From contig NW_015159728.1 of the NCBI RefSeq assembly GCF_001447785.1, forward strand, positions 531,622-595,621: a stretch of DNA of 64,000 nucleotides. Reading direction: 5' to 3'. Within the stretch, counting starts at the first letter, position 1, and the number at the start of each line of letters is the position of its first letter. This document shows positions 1-11,649 of this stretch, piece after piece. Made by a program: the position numbers and the translations under genes. The notes beneath the pieces are model-generated. The model did no database searches. It had not been told where the DNA came from and saw only the letters and a list, made by a program, of their open reading frames with translations. Origin of the DNA: Gekko japonicus. Lineage: Eukaryota.

Positions 1-222
1 CCCGGCTAATGTAGCCACACCCCCTGTACAGATACCAACCTATGAGGTTGAAGAGAATACACCCAATCACAAGCGGTCCCGCTTTGTACGGTGATTGGCA
101 GACACATTCTGGGCTAGGGCTCCTATTGGTTACATTAGGATCCTAGCCCAGAGGCGAAGCTTAACATGGTATCTTAATGGGACGGTTCACATAGCAGTTA
201 TATATACAGTCAATACATAACA
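1..222 (-). mobile_element. LTR-like sequence, 5' (U3) end, truncated by the window edge
   Basis: Minus strand begins TGTTATGTATTGACTGTATATATAAC, a TG start typical of Gypsy/ERV LTRs; CCAAT motifs and internal inverted repeats. Confidence 0.45.
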
Positions 223-230
223 GAAGCCAT

Positions 231-473
231 TAGGGTTGCCAAATGGGGCCGGGGAATCCCCGCTTGAGGCCCGATTTCCGCAGTGGTGAATTGCTGACGT
301 TGGGGGCGTGGCTGAGCTCGTCGGGGGGGGGGGCGACGAGCTCGGCCACGCCCCCAACGTCAGCGTCACACGTCACTTCTGGTGACGTGCTGCCGGCGCG
401 CACGTCCATCAAGACTTCCCGGACGCCGGCAAGGCTCCCCCACTCCAAGGGGTGAGTCAACTTGGCAACCCTA
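231..473. mobile_element. Young non-autonomous hAT-type MITE
   Basis: TIRs TAGGGTTGCCAA/TTGGCAACCCTA; perfect 8-bp TSD GAAGCCAT (223-230, 474-481); CpG-rich. Confidence 0.85.
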
Positions 474-958
474 GAAGCCATGAAGGAACTAGAAAAGATT
501 CTTAAGTGTAAGGATGTGTCGCTGGTGACTAAGATCAAGTTAATTCATGCAATAGTATTCCCCATTACAATGTATGGGTATGAAAGCTGGACAATGAAGA
601 AAGCTGACAGCAAGAAAATAGATTCCTTTGAAATGTGGAGTTGGAGGACCACCAAAAAGAAAAGAAAAGTTGGTTTTAGATTGAATCAAGCCTGAAGTCC
701 CCCTAGAAGCTAAAATGACTAAACTGAGGCTTTTGCACTTCTGTCACATTATGAGAAGACAAGAATCACTGGAAAGGACAATAATGCTAAGAAAACTTGA
801 AGGCAGCAGGTAAAGACCCAACATGAGTTGGATTGACTCAGTAAAGGAAGACATGGCCCCCAGTATGCAAGACCTGTGCAAAGCTATTTTGGAGAACATT
901 AATGCATAGGTTCGCCATAAGTCAGAAACTACTTGACAGCACTTAATGCACACACATA
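474..958 (+). mobile_element. RTE/BovB-like LINE 3' fragment
   Basis: Translates to AMKELEKILKCKDVSLVTKIKLIHAIVFPITMYGYESWTMKKAD, the RTE ORF C-terminus; ends with RTE-type TTGACAGCACTTAA..CACACA tail. Confidence 0.85.
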
Positions 959-961
959 ACA

Positions 962-1505
962 CAGTGTGGTGTAGTAATTAGATGTTGGATTAAAAACTGG
1001 GAGACCCAAGTTTGAATCTCCATTAAGCCATGGAGCTTAATGGCGCGGAGAAGGAGCGACGCAGCAGGCCGGAGCCTGACTTGGACGGAGGCCGCTGCGA
1101 GCATGCGCGAAAGCACAAAGTGGTCCGGGCCTGGAGATAGCATTTGTGACAGCCGGAAAAAGTGGAACTGCGAAGACCTGTGCCAGAGAAGGGTCGCCGC
1201 CGGACTGTCCCCTCGCAAGAAGATCTGCTACAACAGAATAAAGGATGCCTGGTAGGCTTCTCACCGTCCCTACACATATGTGGCCCTAGATTAGGATCGT
1301 ATGAATTAGAATTGTAGAGCCCCTAGGGGGTGAGCGGGATAGAAGCCGAAGGATAAATAAATAAATAAATAAAATGGAAGCTTGCTGGGTAACCTTGAGC
1401 CAGTCACACTCAGCCTAACCACCAGGGTTGTTGTGAGAATAAAATGGAGAGGGTGAGAATTACATAAGCTACTTTGGGAGAAAACGAAGCATAAATAAAT
1501 AAATA
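962..1505 (+). mobile_element. Old tRNA-derived SINE interrupted by the 1039-1373 insertion
   Basis: A-box-like TGGTGTAGTAATTAG, B-box-like AGTTTGAATC; continues after 1374 with CTGGGTAACCTTGAGCCAG; (AAAT)n tail; similar copy at about 7527-7750. Confidence 0.65.
1039..1373 (+). mobile_element. 5'-truncated CpG-rich retroposon related to the 30279-30922 element
   Basis: Shares GAGCGGGATAGAAGCCGAA plus (TAAA)n tail with 30891-30922; near-TSD ATGGAGCTT / ATGGAAGCTT. Confidence 0.7.
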
Positions 1506-3886
1506 TGCACAGACCCTGGGAAGTTGTGTGCGTATACAGAGTCTGTCCATAAAAGCTTTGAAAACAATACATTAATATTTACATGCAAACATGCAGCAAA
1601 ACAGTTGGGCTTAAGTACAAGGGAGTGTGCAGGCTATTGAAGAAGCAGTTAATGAAAAAACACTGCACTCCTAACCAGGGTTAGACCTTTCTAAATCAAT
1701 TGACTTCAAAGTACTTAGAAGGGTGTGTTTTTGTACTGTAAACTGTCAGATTTGAGGAGAGAGTATATTGGCTCAAAAAGTTTTGTCATAATTTGATGGT
1801 AGCTTACTATGGGGATGAATGTGGAATACATTGCCTGAAGGAGGGAGTATCACTCCTTTCCCAGAATCTCCAAGGCTCCTTTATAAACAAAAATTCTTTG
1901 TGCTATTCACTACCATTCCTCTAACTGGAATATCTGTACAACTATGGAACCAAGCATTTTTGTATGGTTAGTTGGAGTCCACTAGCTTTGGCTTGTATTC
2001 TACAAGTTAATGCTGTATCAATACTTAATTTGAATGGAAGAAGTAGAGTTCATTTCAGTGCAAGTGTTTTATATCTAGATATATAATCAAATACCAATAA
2101 AAGTAAGTCTCCTTTGTCTAAATATTAAATACTTCTGAATCTTGCAAATTGGTTTAAGACCATATAACTTATTTTCTGCTGTGGGGGAGCAGGGGGCACA
2201 ACTCTTTTTCGCCTGGAAAATTAAGGCAGCTTTCGTCAGCTGGAGGAATGTGCCAGCTTCTAGAAATGGGTTGGTGGGGAGGTTTTCTGTCCTTGTTTCT
2301 CAAGTAGAGTTGGTTGTCCCTCATCTTCAGTGTCCATACGCAAACCCTGAGGGTTACAGAATAGGCAGTGGTGAAAGTTACTTCACACAAGCTACAAGTT
2401 TAAAAAAAACCCTTTATTCAGCATTAAACATGAATCACTAATAACTGAAAAACAATACTATACTTCCTTGTTCTGTATGGAAAACGGCCCATGCAAACAT
2501 TTGTTTAAAAAAATAAGACTGTATTGTATACATTTCGTGCAAAGCAAGTTCAACATTGCAAGAGTGCTAAATTCCATTAAGTTCTGTATAAAGTTTGCAA
2601 ATCTATTAACTGCTGATATCAGTATTCCAGACCAGCTGGAGGAAAATCTTCTTTGGACTCTGATATAAAAGTGTTGTTTCATGTTGTTTCACATTATTCC
2701 ACTCCTACCAGTTTCAGAATTGCTGCTTTACTTGCCACGAGGGCTTGATTTTTTACTTAGTAAAAGAATCGTGATGGATTTTTTTTTCTCCAATTGGAAT
2801 TTTCACCCTATTTAGGTATTGCAGTTGCCCACATACGTAAACAGAACGGATGACTTATGATTATCGTCTACATTGGCTTACAGTTGAATGTTGTATATAA
2901 TGGCTTTGTTGGCTCAACAGTTAAAGTTTAAAGTTATTTATGTGCAAGTCCCTTAAAGAGGAATTGGAACTAAAAGATCAGAAAGCAATATGGTATGCAA
3001 GCATTTGTATACACCAATCAGCACCTTCAGCTCCTATTAACACTAAGCTATAAGTTCTCTTATTTATGATCATAGAAATCGTAACTCAGTGGTTGTGGTT
3101 GAAAAACATTTAAAACCCATCTTCATAGTTTTCTCGGAACTGCTTCTTGTATCTCTGCCTTTGTCCATCCTAGTTTTATTCAACGAATGAGAGTGGAATA
3201 GCAGATCAGTATTGAATCCTTAGCTCTGCATATTTGAAATGTGAGGTATGTACACAGCTGCAATGTCAAGAGCCCACCTGAAATGTTGTTCTGAGATATC
3301 AGTGTCATGACCTGTTATTGAACGTCTGAGAACAGGGAGCTTACTAGAAGTAACACAAATAGGTTGCTCCTCCACAAAGGGATTTTCTGTTTACCCCTCA
3401 CAGCTCCTGTTTTCCTCCCCCATCATGGGCTTTTCGCTTAAAAAAAAAAAATCAATAGTAGGAATATTGCTACAGTTTTAGGACATTATCGCAACAGAAC
3501 AACTATCAGTTTAACATCAAAAAGCCTGCCAGGGATGCTGGGGGAAACAGGACCAGATGTGGGCAGGGAGGTATGGAAATGTATACCTTCACATCTACAT
3601 GCTCTTGAAGCCTACTCTGAGTTCTGTCTTTAAGGAAATACTGTACCAAAACAGAGCTAAGGAAAGACTGAGAGGGTGGACAACAGCACAATGCTGTCAA
3701 GTGGCAGGCTAAAAGAAAATTACTGTAGCAAGGGAGGCATGGAACAAGAGATCCATGAGAAAGCAACCTTAGTTTTAAACCCAATTTTGGAGTGACACTT
3801 TGTACTACAGTACAGATGGTGATAGTCTGGTTGATTAAATGGCATAGATATGAAGCTACCTTACAATGAGGCAGACTATTGGTCGG

Positions 3887-4650
3887 TGTGACGGACTGTG
3901 CTTTAAAAACTCATAAGTGCTGTGTAAACATGTAAAGGACTATGAAGGGTTAATGCCTCACAGAGCCAGAGAGCCTTGAGTGGCAGGCTGCATCAGTAGA
4001 GCAGAAAGACTTGGGAATTGACTGCTGAAGACAACTCAGTTTAGCTCTAAGTGAGAACTGGAACAGTTTAGCCCTGACTGAGGAGAATTTAGCACTGACT
4101 GAGAAACGTTTAACAGTGACTGAGGGCTGGGAAGGTTGGCAAAGAGGAATGGGAGGATTGGTGAAGACCCCCATTTGGCCCGAAAAAGGGAGAGATCTTC
4201 TAGTTAAGAAAAGTGATTCCCTGCCCAGTTGGATAAGGGAAACAGCTCAAAGTTTGGAGTGATCTCTGGTGTGCTCCCTGCCTTCTGAAACCTGAAGAGT
4301 CAGTTAAACTCAAGAAAGTTAACTGGAGTGTTTAGGACCACTGAAACCAAAGTCTGTCATCTCTATGATTGTAAGACTTTGTGAAAAGCTTTAAATTCAC
4401 CTGCTGAAAACATATTAATGTGAAATTACTAAGTTACCTCAGAGTTCATTATAGATTTACCTCAGACATTTTACCCCTGCTTTCACCTGACTCTCTATGT
4501 TGAATTAAATATTTCATTTATTTTTGAACTTTAAAAAGCCTCTTGTGTGTTGTTTTCAGAAGTGTAAGTTAAGGAGGGAGATTTTGTCTCTTCCCTCAAG
4601 TTCCTGGACTGAGCCAGCATCAGAATATAATACTGTGACAGGGTGTGACA
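3887..4650 (+). mobile_element. Probable solo LTR
   Basis: TGTGAC start, GTGACA end, internal ATTAAA; no clean TSD seen. Confidence 0.45.
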
Positions 4651-6430
4651 GCCATAAACCTTCACAGAAGAAGAAGAAAATAGATAAAGGGGCTGCTCAG
4701 CCAGAAAGGAAGGGGGAAAAGCAGGCAAAACCCTGCATCTGAGTGAGGGAATGGGGCTAGATCATTATAGTAAGCTAAGACATTCCTGGTTGAAATCTCA
4801 CCTTAGCTATGAATTCACTTGGTGGCCTTACGCAAGCTACAGTTCTCTCAATTTTATCACAGGCTGTAGTATGGGGATTGTGTTCTGGCTATTAAAGAGA
4901 TTATTTCAAACTTTTTTTTATCCTGCACTCTGAACCAAAAGTATTCAAGGTGTTTTACAATAATAAAATTTAAAATAGTATCCACAAGCATAAAACATGC
5001 TAAAAATGAAAAAGATAAATAAAACTTGCTTAGATAAAATCAGGAAACAAAGGAGAAACTCAACTAAAAGCAGATAAAGGAGAAACTAGTGAAAAACTTG
5101 AGAGATTTTTTTAAAGCTTAGCCTGGCACTTGAAGGACTGTAAATTCAGCCGCAGTAGGGAGGGACTTCTAAATGTTGGTGCCACAACAGAAAAGTCCCT
5201 GTTCCCAGTTCTTGCCTACCACACCTCAGACTGAGGATACTCAGAGCAGAGTTTTTGATGATCTTTGTTGGCAGGCAGACTCATACAGGTGAAGGCACCC
5301 TGGTCTCAGGTACCCTGGTCTCAGGCCAGATATGGGTTTATGAGGAATACCTGATTACTGTCGTCTAAATGTATAAATGCTTTGAATATTTAATACATGC
5401 TATATAAAATCACTAAGCATTTGTTCTATTGAGTAAGAAAGGCATATAGCTTCCATGCTTTTAACTTGTATTACTCTATCCAGCAGAAATACTAAGAGCG
5501 CTGAAATATACAGTTTAAATGGGAGTAACAGTTTTGAACAAACTGTTCAGGAATCTGTGCATTAAGAACCTGTTATTTTGAAGAGGGCTCTCACAAGTCC
5601 CATATCATATGGAGAACTTTCTCACTAGCCATTTGATTTGTTTTTTGGCCTGTCCATATAAAATATATTCACCAGTACAGGGCAAAAGCCCAGTGCAATT
5701 TATGACAGCTATGACGTTTTAATCTTGAAATTAGGGCTATCAGCCACCAGAAGAAAGCTGATTAACAGCTGAGATGGAAGGACATGCCTCTTCTCACACA
5801 ATCATGCCACCTACAGTTTGTGTGAGTTCTTGCATTGTAGATACTTTTTAAATTGACTACACATTGGTGGCAGAAAGTGCCATCAAGTCACAGCCAATTT
5901 ACGGTGACCCCATAGAGTTTTGAAGGCAAGAGACATTCAGACGAAACTATGAAAGGTTGTTATGATTCTTGAGGCACATGTTGAGTGTAAGATTTGGGGA
6001 CAGCAGGATAGCCTCTGGGAATACAAAGATCTGGTAGTAAGTATCCCAGCATATACACATACAAATTCCCTGCTGTGTGGTGGTAAGGGTGTTGTACTAG
6101 GATTGAGGAGACCCAGCTTCAAAACCCCACTCAGCTGCTCCCTGGGTGCCCTTGGGCTGGACCCTCTCAGCAACCTACTTTGCATGGTTGCTGTAAGAAA
6201 AAGATGGAGGAGGGACGAATCATGTACATATGCCGCTATGAGCTTTGCAGAGGAAGGGTGGGGTAAACTGTAAGAGATAGACTTGCAGTCACGGGGTTCC
6301 AGAAAGCAATATATATCATCTTCTTTGGTGGTTCTCTTGGCTGGGAGATCAATCCAGAAAGTGCAGCAAGATCGCTGTGAATGTGCTTGGCATGTATTGT
6401 TCTCTGCCCCTTGACAAACAACCACTCTGT

Positions 6431-7222
6431 TCACATTTCCACTCTTTTCTGGCTTTCCAACCATTCCCTCCTCACATCAGCAATCTCCTGGCCATACCAA
6501 TCATGTAGCTTTGAGAAGCAGGCTGTCTCTGGAGACACAGGGCTTTCCTGTACAGTGGAAGCAAGGCCAGCAGTCAGCACTCCACTTACGTTGCTGCCTG
6601 CCAGCCTTCGGCGAGGAGGTAGAGGTGGGGGTTTTATATATCCCCCATCGTGGTCAAAAGAAACTCCTCCAACAAGGGAATAACTATCACCCCATGTAGC
6701 ATAACCATTCTCCATGATGACAGGGTGCTCCGGGACAGGTACCATTGTGGGGTTGGAGAGATGTCTCTTCCGGCCAGAAGATGACTTCTTTGGAAATTTA
6801 TGGCTGACAACCAAGTTCTTCCGGGCCTCCTCCAGTTGTTTCTCTAGCTCCTTCACCACTAGCCTCATGTAATCAAAGCTGGCCCGTGAAAGTGCCTTCA
6901 CCCAAGCTTCCATAGCCGTTTGGCAGTCAGCAACCAGCACGTAGGCCTTGGCACCAGCCCCATCAAAGCGGATGGCGAAGGCAAACTCCTCCGCAGCCTC
7001 ACATAGCTCAACAGTACAGCCCTCCAACACGATGAGCCCCAGGGGGTCACGGCTCTCCCGCTCTTCAAAATAGAACAGCAAGTTGCCCTTGAGGACAAAC
7101 CAGCGGCGCTGGTAGGACGTGGTGTGATGGTGGCGCTCCACACGCTTACACAGGAAGCCAGTGTGATCTGCTGGAGAGTCGCACGTGGCATAATGGGCCA
7201 CACTGCGCTCATTCAGCTTCAT
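6431..7222 (-). CDS. PHETA2: PH domain-containing endocytic trafficking adaptor 2 (sesquipedalian-2 / IPIP27B / FAM109B), 263 aa, single coding exon
   Basis: MKLNERSVAHYATCDSPADHTGFL N-terminus, PH domain (YQRRWFVLKGNLLFYFE), coiled coil, C-terminal F&H motif FSKLHDWYGQEI; polypyrimidine+CAG acceptor just upstream (exon starts 7237); head-to-head with NAGA as in mammals. Confidence 0.95.
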   Translation of the reverse strand: MKLNERSVAHYATCDSPADHTGFLCKRVERHHHTTSYQRRWFVLKGNLLFYFEERESRDPLGLIVLEGCTVELCEAAEEFAFAIRFDGAGAKAYVLVADCQTAMEAWVKALSRASFDYMRLVVKELEKQLEEARKNLVVSHKFPKKSSSGRKRHLSNPTMVPVPEHPVIMENGYATWGDSYSLVGGVSFDHDGGYIKPPPLPPRRRLAGSNVSGVLTAGLASTVQESPVSPETACFSKLHDWYGQEIADVRREWLESQKRVEM

Positions 7223-10189
7223 AGTAATGATGTCCCCCTGCAGAGAGAGAGAGAAAATGTACTGAACTTCCTGTTTGGCATAGGCTGCTTAATTGAAAGA
7301 AACAGAAGGCCACCCCTGAATCTTTTAAAAGATAAGCCCTTCTGCAGGATCAGATCCGCCACTACAGTGATGCTGGGCTAAACCCTTACACCACTAAGAT
7401 CCAGCCTACTCTAAGGAATATTTATTAAACTATCCAGAGCTAGGCCAGCAGTTAGGTGCTACAGGAGCAAGAGGAGGGACGCCCATACTTAGCAACATCA
7501 GCCTGCAGCAACCAATAAATTAGCGAGGCGTAGTCATTAGACTGTTAGACTAGGATCTGGGAGAGCCAGGTTCCAAGCCTCACTCTGCCATGGAAACTTC
7601 CTGGGTGACCTTGGGCCAGACAAACGCTCTCGCCCTAAACTACCTCTCAGGGTTTTTGTGAGGACAAAATGAAAGGAGACAAGCCCAGTGGAAACTGCTT
7701 TGGGTCCCCACTGGTGAGAAAGGTGGGGTATAAATAAAGTAAGTAAATACAATCACCTGCCCCTATTCATGGAGAAATGGGACTTTGACCTGGCCTCTGC
7801 AGTCATATAAACCCATGTTTGTACCAATATAGAAAATGGAGGGTTAGATGGTAGTTCTCGGGACATTTCTCAGACCGAAAGACTTGCTGGGCTTCATCTC
7901 TCTCCTTGCTACCAATGCCAGTTGGTGCAAAGATGTTGAAGACAGGAATCCCAATCTGAAACAGAAAATGGTTCAACTGGCGTTTCTGCAGGAAACCGAA
8001 CAGAACCCAAGAACTATGAAGTATTGTAACGCTCCATGGTTTCTTGCCTTTAAGAGATCATAATATTCACAAAGGCAACATTCCACATATAAATACATTC
8101 AGCCTTTCTGGTTAGAGTTTCTGCTCCTGGTTATGTTGATCATTCTCCTCCCATCCATGCAGACAGAACTGTTCCAGAGTCCTAGTACATCAATAATAGA
8201 CACACCCATCACCCTCTAGGGATTGCAAGAGACATTAGTCCAAATAAAGCGCCAGAGGGTGCAACTCATTCAGAATGATTTTGCCACCGAAATGACTGTC
8301 AGTAATCAAAGTCCCAAGAAGCTGATGGAGGCTATCAGCTGTAGTGCACAACCACCCACAAAGCAGTGTGCCACAGGGAATGTGTCAACCTGTGGCTACA
8401 AGCACAAGAGCAGGGCTAGCTTTTGTTTTGTTTTTAAATGACAAGCTGAGATCACGCACAAACCCTTTGCCAGGCCCATTCCCTCTCCTCTTTCATTCGA
8501 ACCCAACCATCCCCTCTCCTGCCTCCACTGTGTACCTGTCCTCCTCCAGCCCTTGTGTAACTAATAGAGTTGAGGAGGCTTCCAGGCACAGATGGTGCCA
8601 GTCCTTTCTTCTTGCACCTGGGTACTCTGCAATAGCAGTCAAAGTTGCCTACTGAGCTCCATTCCCCCCACTGAATATCACAGGTTGAGAAGTGGAGAAA
8701 ACAACTACTGAATTTCAATATAAAACTTCCGCGGGGGGGACGGGGGGACGACGACGACCGTTCCTTGTCCATCTTATTCAGCCACCGTAACCACTAGTTT
8801 TCTTCTGATTCTGCCCTTGGGATGCATACTTTACCCCAGATGCAGAAGATAGTTTTGTTACATTTGGAACCAGTGATCTCCGTGTTAAGCACACACTGCC
8901 CTGTGGCCTACTAGAGCCAAAATACTTCAAGTTCGATTTAGAACAAGAAAGGCGTTTTCAAAGCCCCAGACCGTCTGGGTATGTCTGAGTAAAACGTTTC
9001 TCCCGGTTGACAGACTTGGCAGAAAATTGTTTCCCTTTCAAGAAACAAACCTGCCCTAAAATGTGGGGTAGATAATCCACCTTACCTCGTTTTAATTCAG
9101 GAATTCAAATATCTGGGTCCTCTGTTGCATCTGGCCGTTATCCCTACCCACCCTCCCTTTTTTAGAGTACTTTCCTCTTGGCTACCCTCTTCTTTTGTTA
9201 AACTCCGGCTACTACTCGTGCATATTTCGTGGAGCAAAACCCGGAAAGTATAATCCTCAGTGCAGTAGGAACTACGTGGACCGTCTGGGATAGCCCTCTG
9301 CAAACCAGGTTTTCCAACAACCTCAAATCAATCACAGAGACGATGTTTCACGCTGTTTATTCCCCTGTTCCTTTCTCTCCTTCCAGGTCCTGGAAGCCAC
9401 ATATAGAAGAATTCTGACGTGTACGCGACGATTGAAGCTTCTTTGCTTTGGCCATGGATGTCCTTGCTGATTAAGTTTTTTTTCTTGGTCGTTTTATTGC
9501 CCCCATAAATGATGTCCTTTATGTAATTATATTTAGCAGGCCAAGTATGTTCCTTCCAAAATGTGGAGGCAGTTAAGCGCACAGAAAAGCCCCCCAATTT
9601 GCCCCCTAAGATTTCATTGCTAATATTATCTTGTAACAGTAGTTTTAAATTTATGCCGGTCGCCAACAGCTTAGAGTTATAAAATCCTCATTTAGAATGT
9701 TCGGAGGACCTGGTGGCGGAATGCTCCAGGCTGAATACATTCAGAAACCAGATGCCTCGGTGATTTTAAAATATGCGTCCTGTGCCAAGAGCAAATCTCC
9801 ATCTCTATGGCAACTCCTGTACTTATCCTAGGAGCTCTCTTGATAGCCCTTACCAAAGAAGAAATTGCTTTAATAAAGTAGGATCGCCTAAGACTACAGA
9901 TGCTGTTAACAGGATAGCGGGTGAAAGTTGCGCGGAGAAAAGTAAACAAACGGTACCGTAGCGCCTGCTCTGCACCTCGTTGCCCTCCCTGAATAGCCAC
10001 GCGAGGGCACTCCGTTACGAAAGCCACAAAGTGGCAATGACTAAATCGGGAAATAAACACCCGCGGTCTCACCAAGTGCCGGGAGAAACCCTGAGACTAG
10101 TCCCATGACCCACACTGGCATGGGACTATGGCTTTGCTGAGTCCATATGGAGTGGATGTATTGAGAGAGAGAGAGCGCCTAATACGAAA

Positions 10190-10410
10190 CAGCCCTGACC
10201 TGAATAGTCCAGGCTAGCCTGATTGTGTGGGATCTTGGAAGCTAAACAGCATCAGCCCTGGCTAGGACTTGGATGGGAGACCACCAATGGAATACCCGGG
10301 TCGTGATACAGGAGCAGGCAATGGCGAACCACCTCTCAACCTCTCTTGCCTTGACAACCCTACAGGGTTGCCATGAGTCACCTGTGATTTGTCAGCACTT
10401 TCGATTGCCA
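10190..10410 (+). mobile_element. 5S rRNA-derived SINE (SINE3 type) with RTE-like tail
   Basis: 10217-10302 resembles 5S rRNA (GATCTTGGAAGCTAAACAG..TGGATGGGAGACCACC..GAATACCCGGGT); followed by GGGTTGCCATGAGTC..GTCAGCACT RTE-like end. Confidence 0.7.
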
Positions 10411-10445
10411 CCTAATGCCAAGCAGGCCCTGGAGCTCTTTGAAAC

Positions 10446-10722
10446 AAAGAAGAAGAAGATGAGATTGGATTTATACCCCGCCCTTCACTACCCAAAGGTG
10501 GCTCAGAGCGGCTTACAAACTGCTTTCCCTTCGGCTCCCCACAACAGACACCCTGTGAGGTAGGTGGGGCTGAGAGAGCTCTTGACAGAAACTGCTCTTT
10601 TTCAAGAACAGCTCTTATGGCTTGCCCAAGGCCATCCAGCCAGGTGCAAGTGGAGGAGTGGGGAATCAACCCCAGTTCTCCCAGATTAGAGTCCACGCAC
10701 TTAACCACTACACCAAACTGGC
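10446..10722 (-). mobile_element. Squam3-like tRNA SINE
   Basis: Head GCCAGTTTGGTGTAGTGGTTAAG, B-box GGTTGATTCC, tail GGGCGGGGTATAAATCCAATC(TTC)n; four copies in window. Confidence 0.85.
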
Positions 10723-11326
10723 TCACCAAACAAAGACAACAAAGGCCCTGGGAAAGAGCTTTAGAAACACAAATGAATTCACCTTCCTACCTCTAGTGAG
10801 GAAATAGTCCAGATTTTGAGGGTGAGGTGGGGATTAAGGTGCTTCAGAAATCAAACCTAGCTGCAGAACAGCTTGTGGGAGTCTTTGACCATCTGTTTCC
10901 TTACTTTTCTCCCCCCACCCCCAACTATTGTAACTATACCCAGTTCTGCACAGGATTATAGCCTTTGTGGGTTTGCTAAATGAATTGTTCTACATGTTTC
11001 TGTTTTAGACCCACCCCCCAATCCTTAACCCTGGTTGTTCCTGCAGAATCACAAGTGAGCAAAGGAACTGTCGATCAATGTCAAAGAGCATCCCCAGGTA
11101 AAAGTTAACAGTGGAACAGATTGGTTATCCTGGGAATCCACAAGTTATATTTATTGCCTGAGACGCAAGGCAAGTTACACAGTAGTGTAAGTCAATAAAA
11201 TCAGCAAGATGGGACATCCAATAAACAATGCAATAAAACAAGCAGACATCTGAAACACAGTTGAAACAATGCTGAAATGAAGCATAAGTATCCACATTAA
11301 GCAATGCAGAAATTATGTAATAGGAG

Positions 11327-11639
11327 CAGGGGTCTTGTTGTAGAAAAAGAGCTGCCGGAGCTCATTAGCATAACTCATTAGCATAACTTATTTGCATATG
11401 CCACGCCCCCTGACATCACCGGAAGTGACAGAAGGCCACACACCCTGACATCACCGGAAGTGTGTCAGAAGGCCCGGCTACTTACCCTCCTGCTTCATCC
11501 TCATTCCCAAACGGAATGAGGATCGAAGCAGAGGGCGGGGTAAAGAAGGGGGCGGGGCTTCACCACGTGACAGCCCCGCCCCCTAGAGGTTCTCTTCCGG
11601 AGCTCCGTACCTGAGAGCTCCCCCCCGACTAGAGCCCTG
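11327..11639. mobile_element. hAT-type MITE nested in an L2 remnant
   Basis: CAGGG..CCCTG termini; perfect 8-bp TSD AATAGGAG (11319-11326, 11640-11647). Confidence 0.8.
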
Positions 11640-11649
11640 AATAGGAGTA

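Noticed and set aside
1040-1255. 71-aa ORF as a host gene or SMDT1 exon
   Set aside because: It lies inside a retroposon insertion with an (AAAT)n tail; no EMRE motif was seen in the window, so SMDT1 probably lies outside it
2413-2418. Minus-strand AATAAA as the PHETA2 poly(A) signal
   Set aside because: 4 kb from the stop with repeats in between and other candidates available; not supportable without transcripts
5937-6464. 175-aa minus-strand ORF overlapping the PHETA2 end
   Set aside because: Different frame, in the 3' UTR, no recognisable homology
10217-10302. Functional 5S rRNA gene
   Set aside because: Diverged, no TTTT terminator, continues into a retroposon tail
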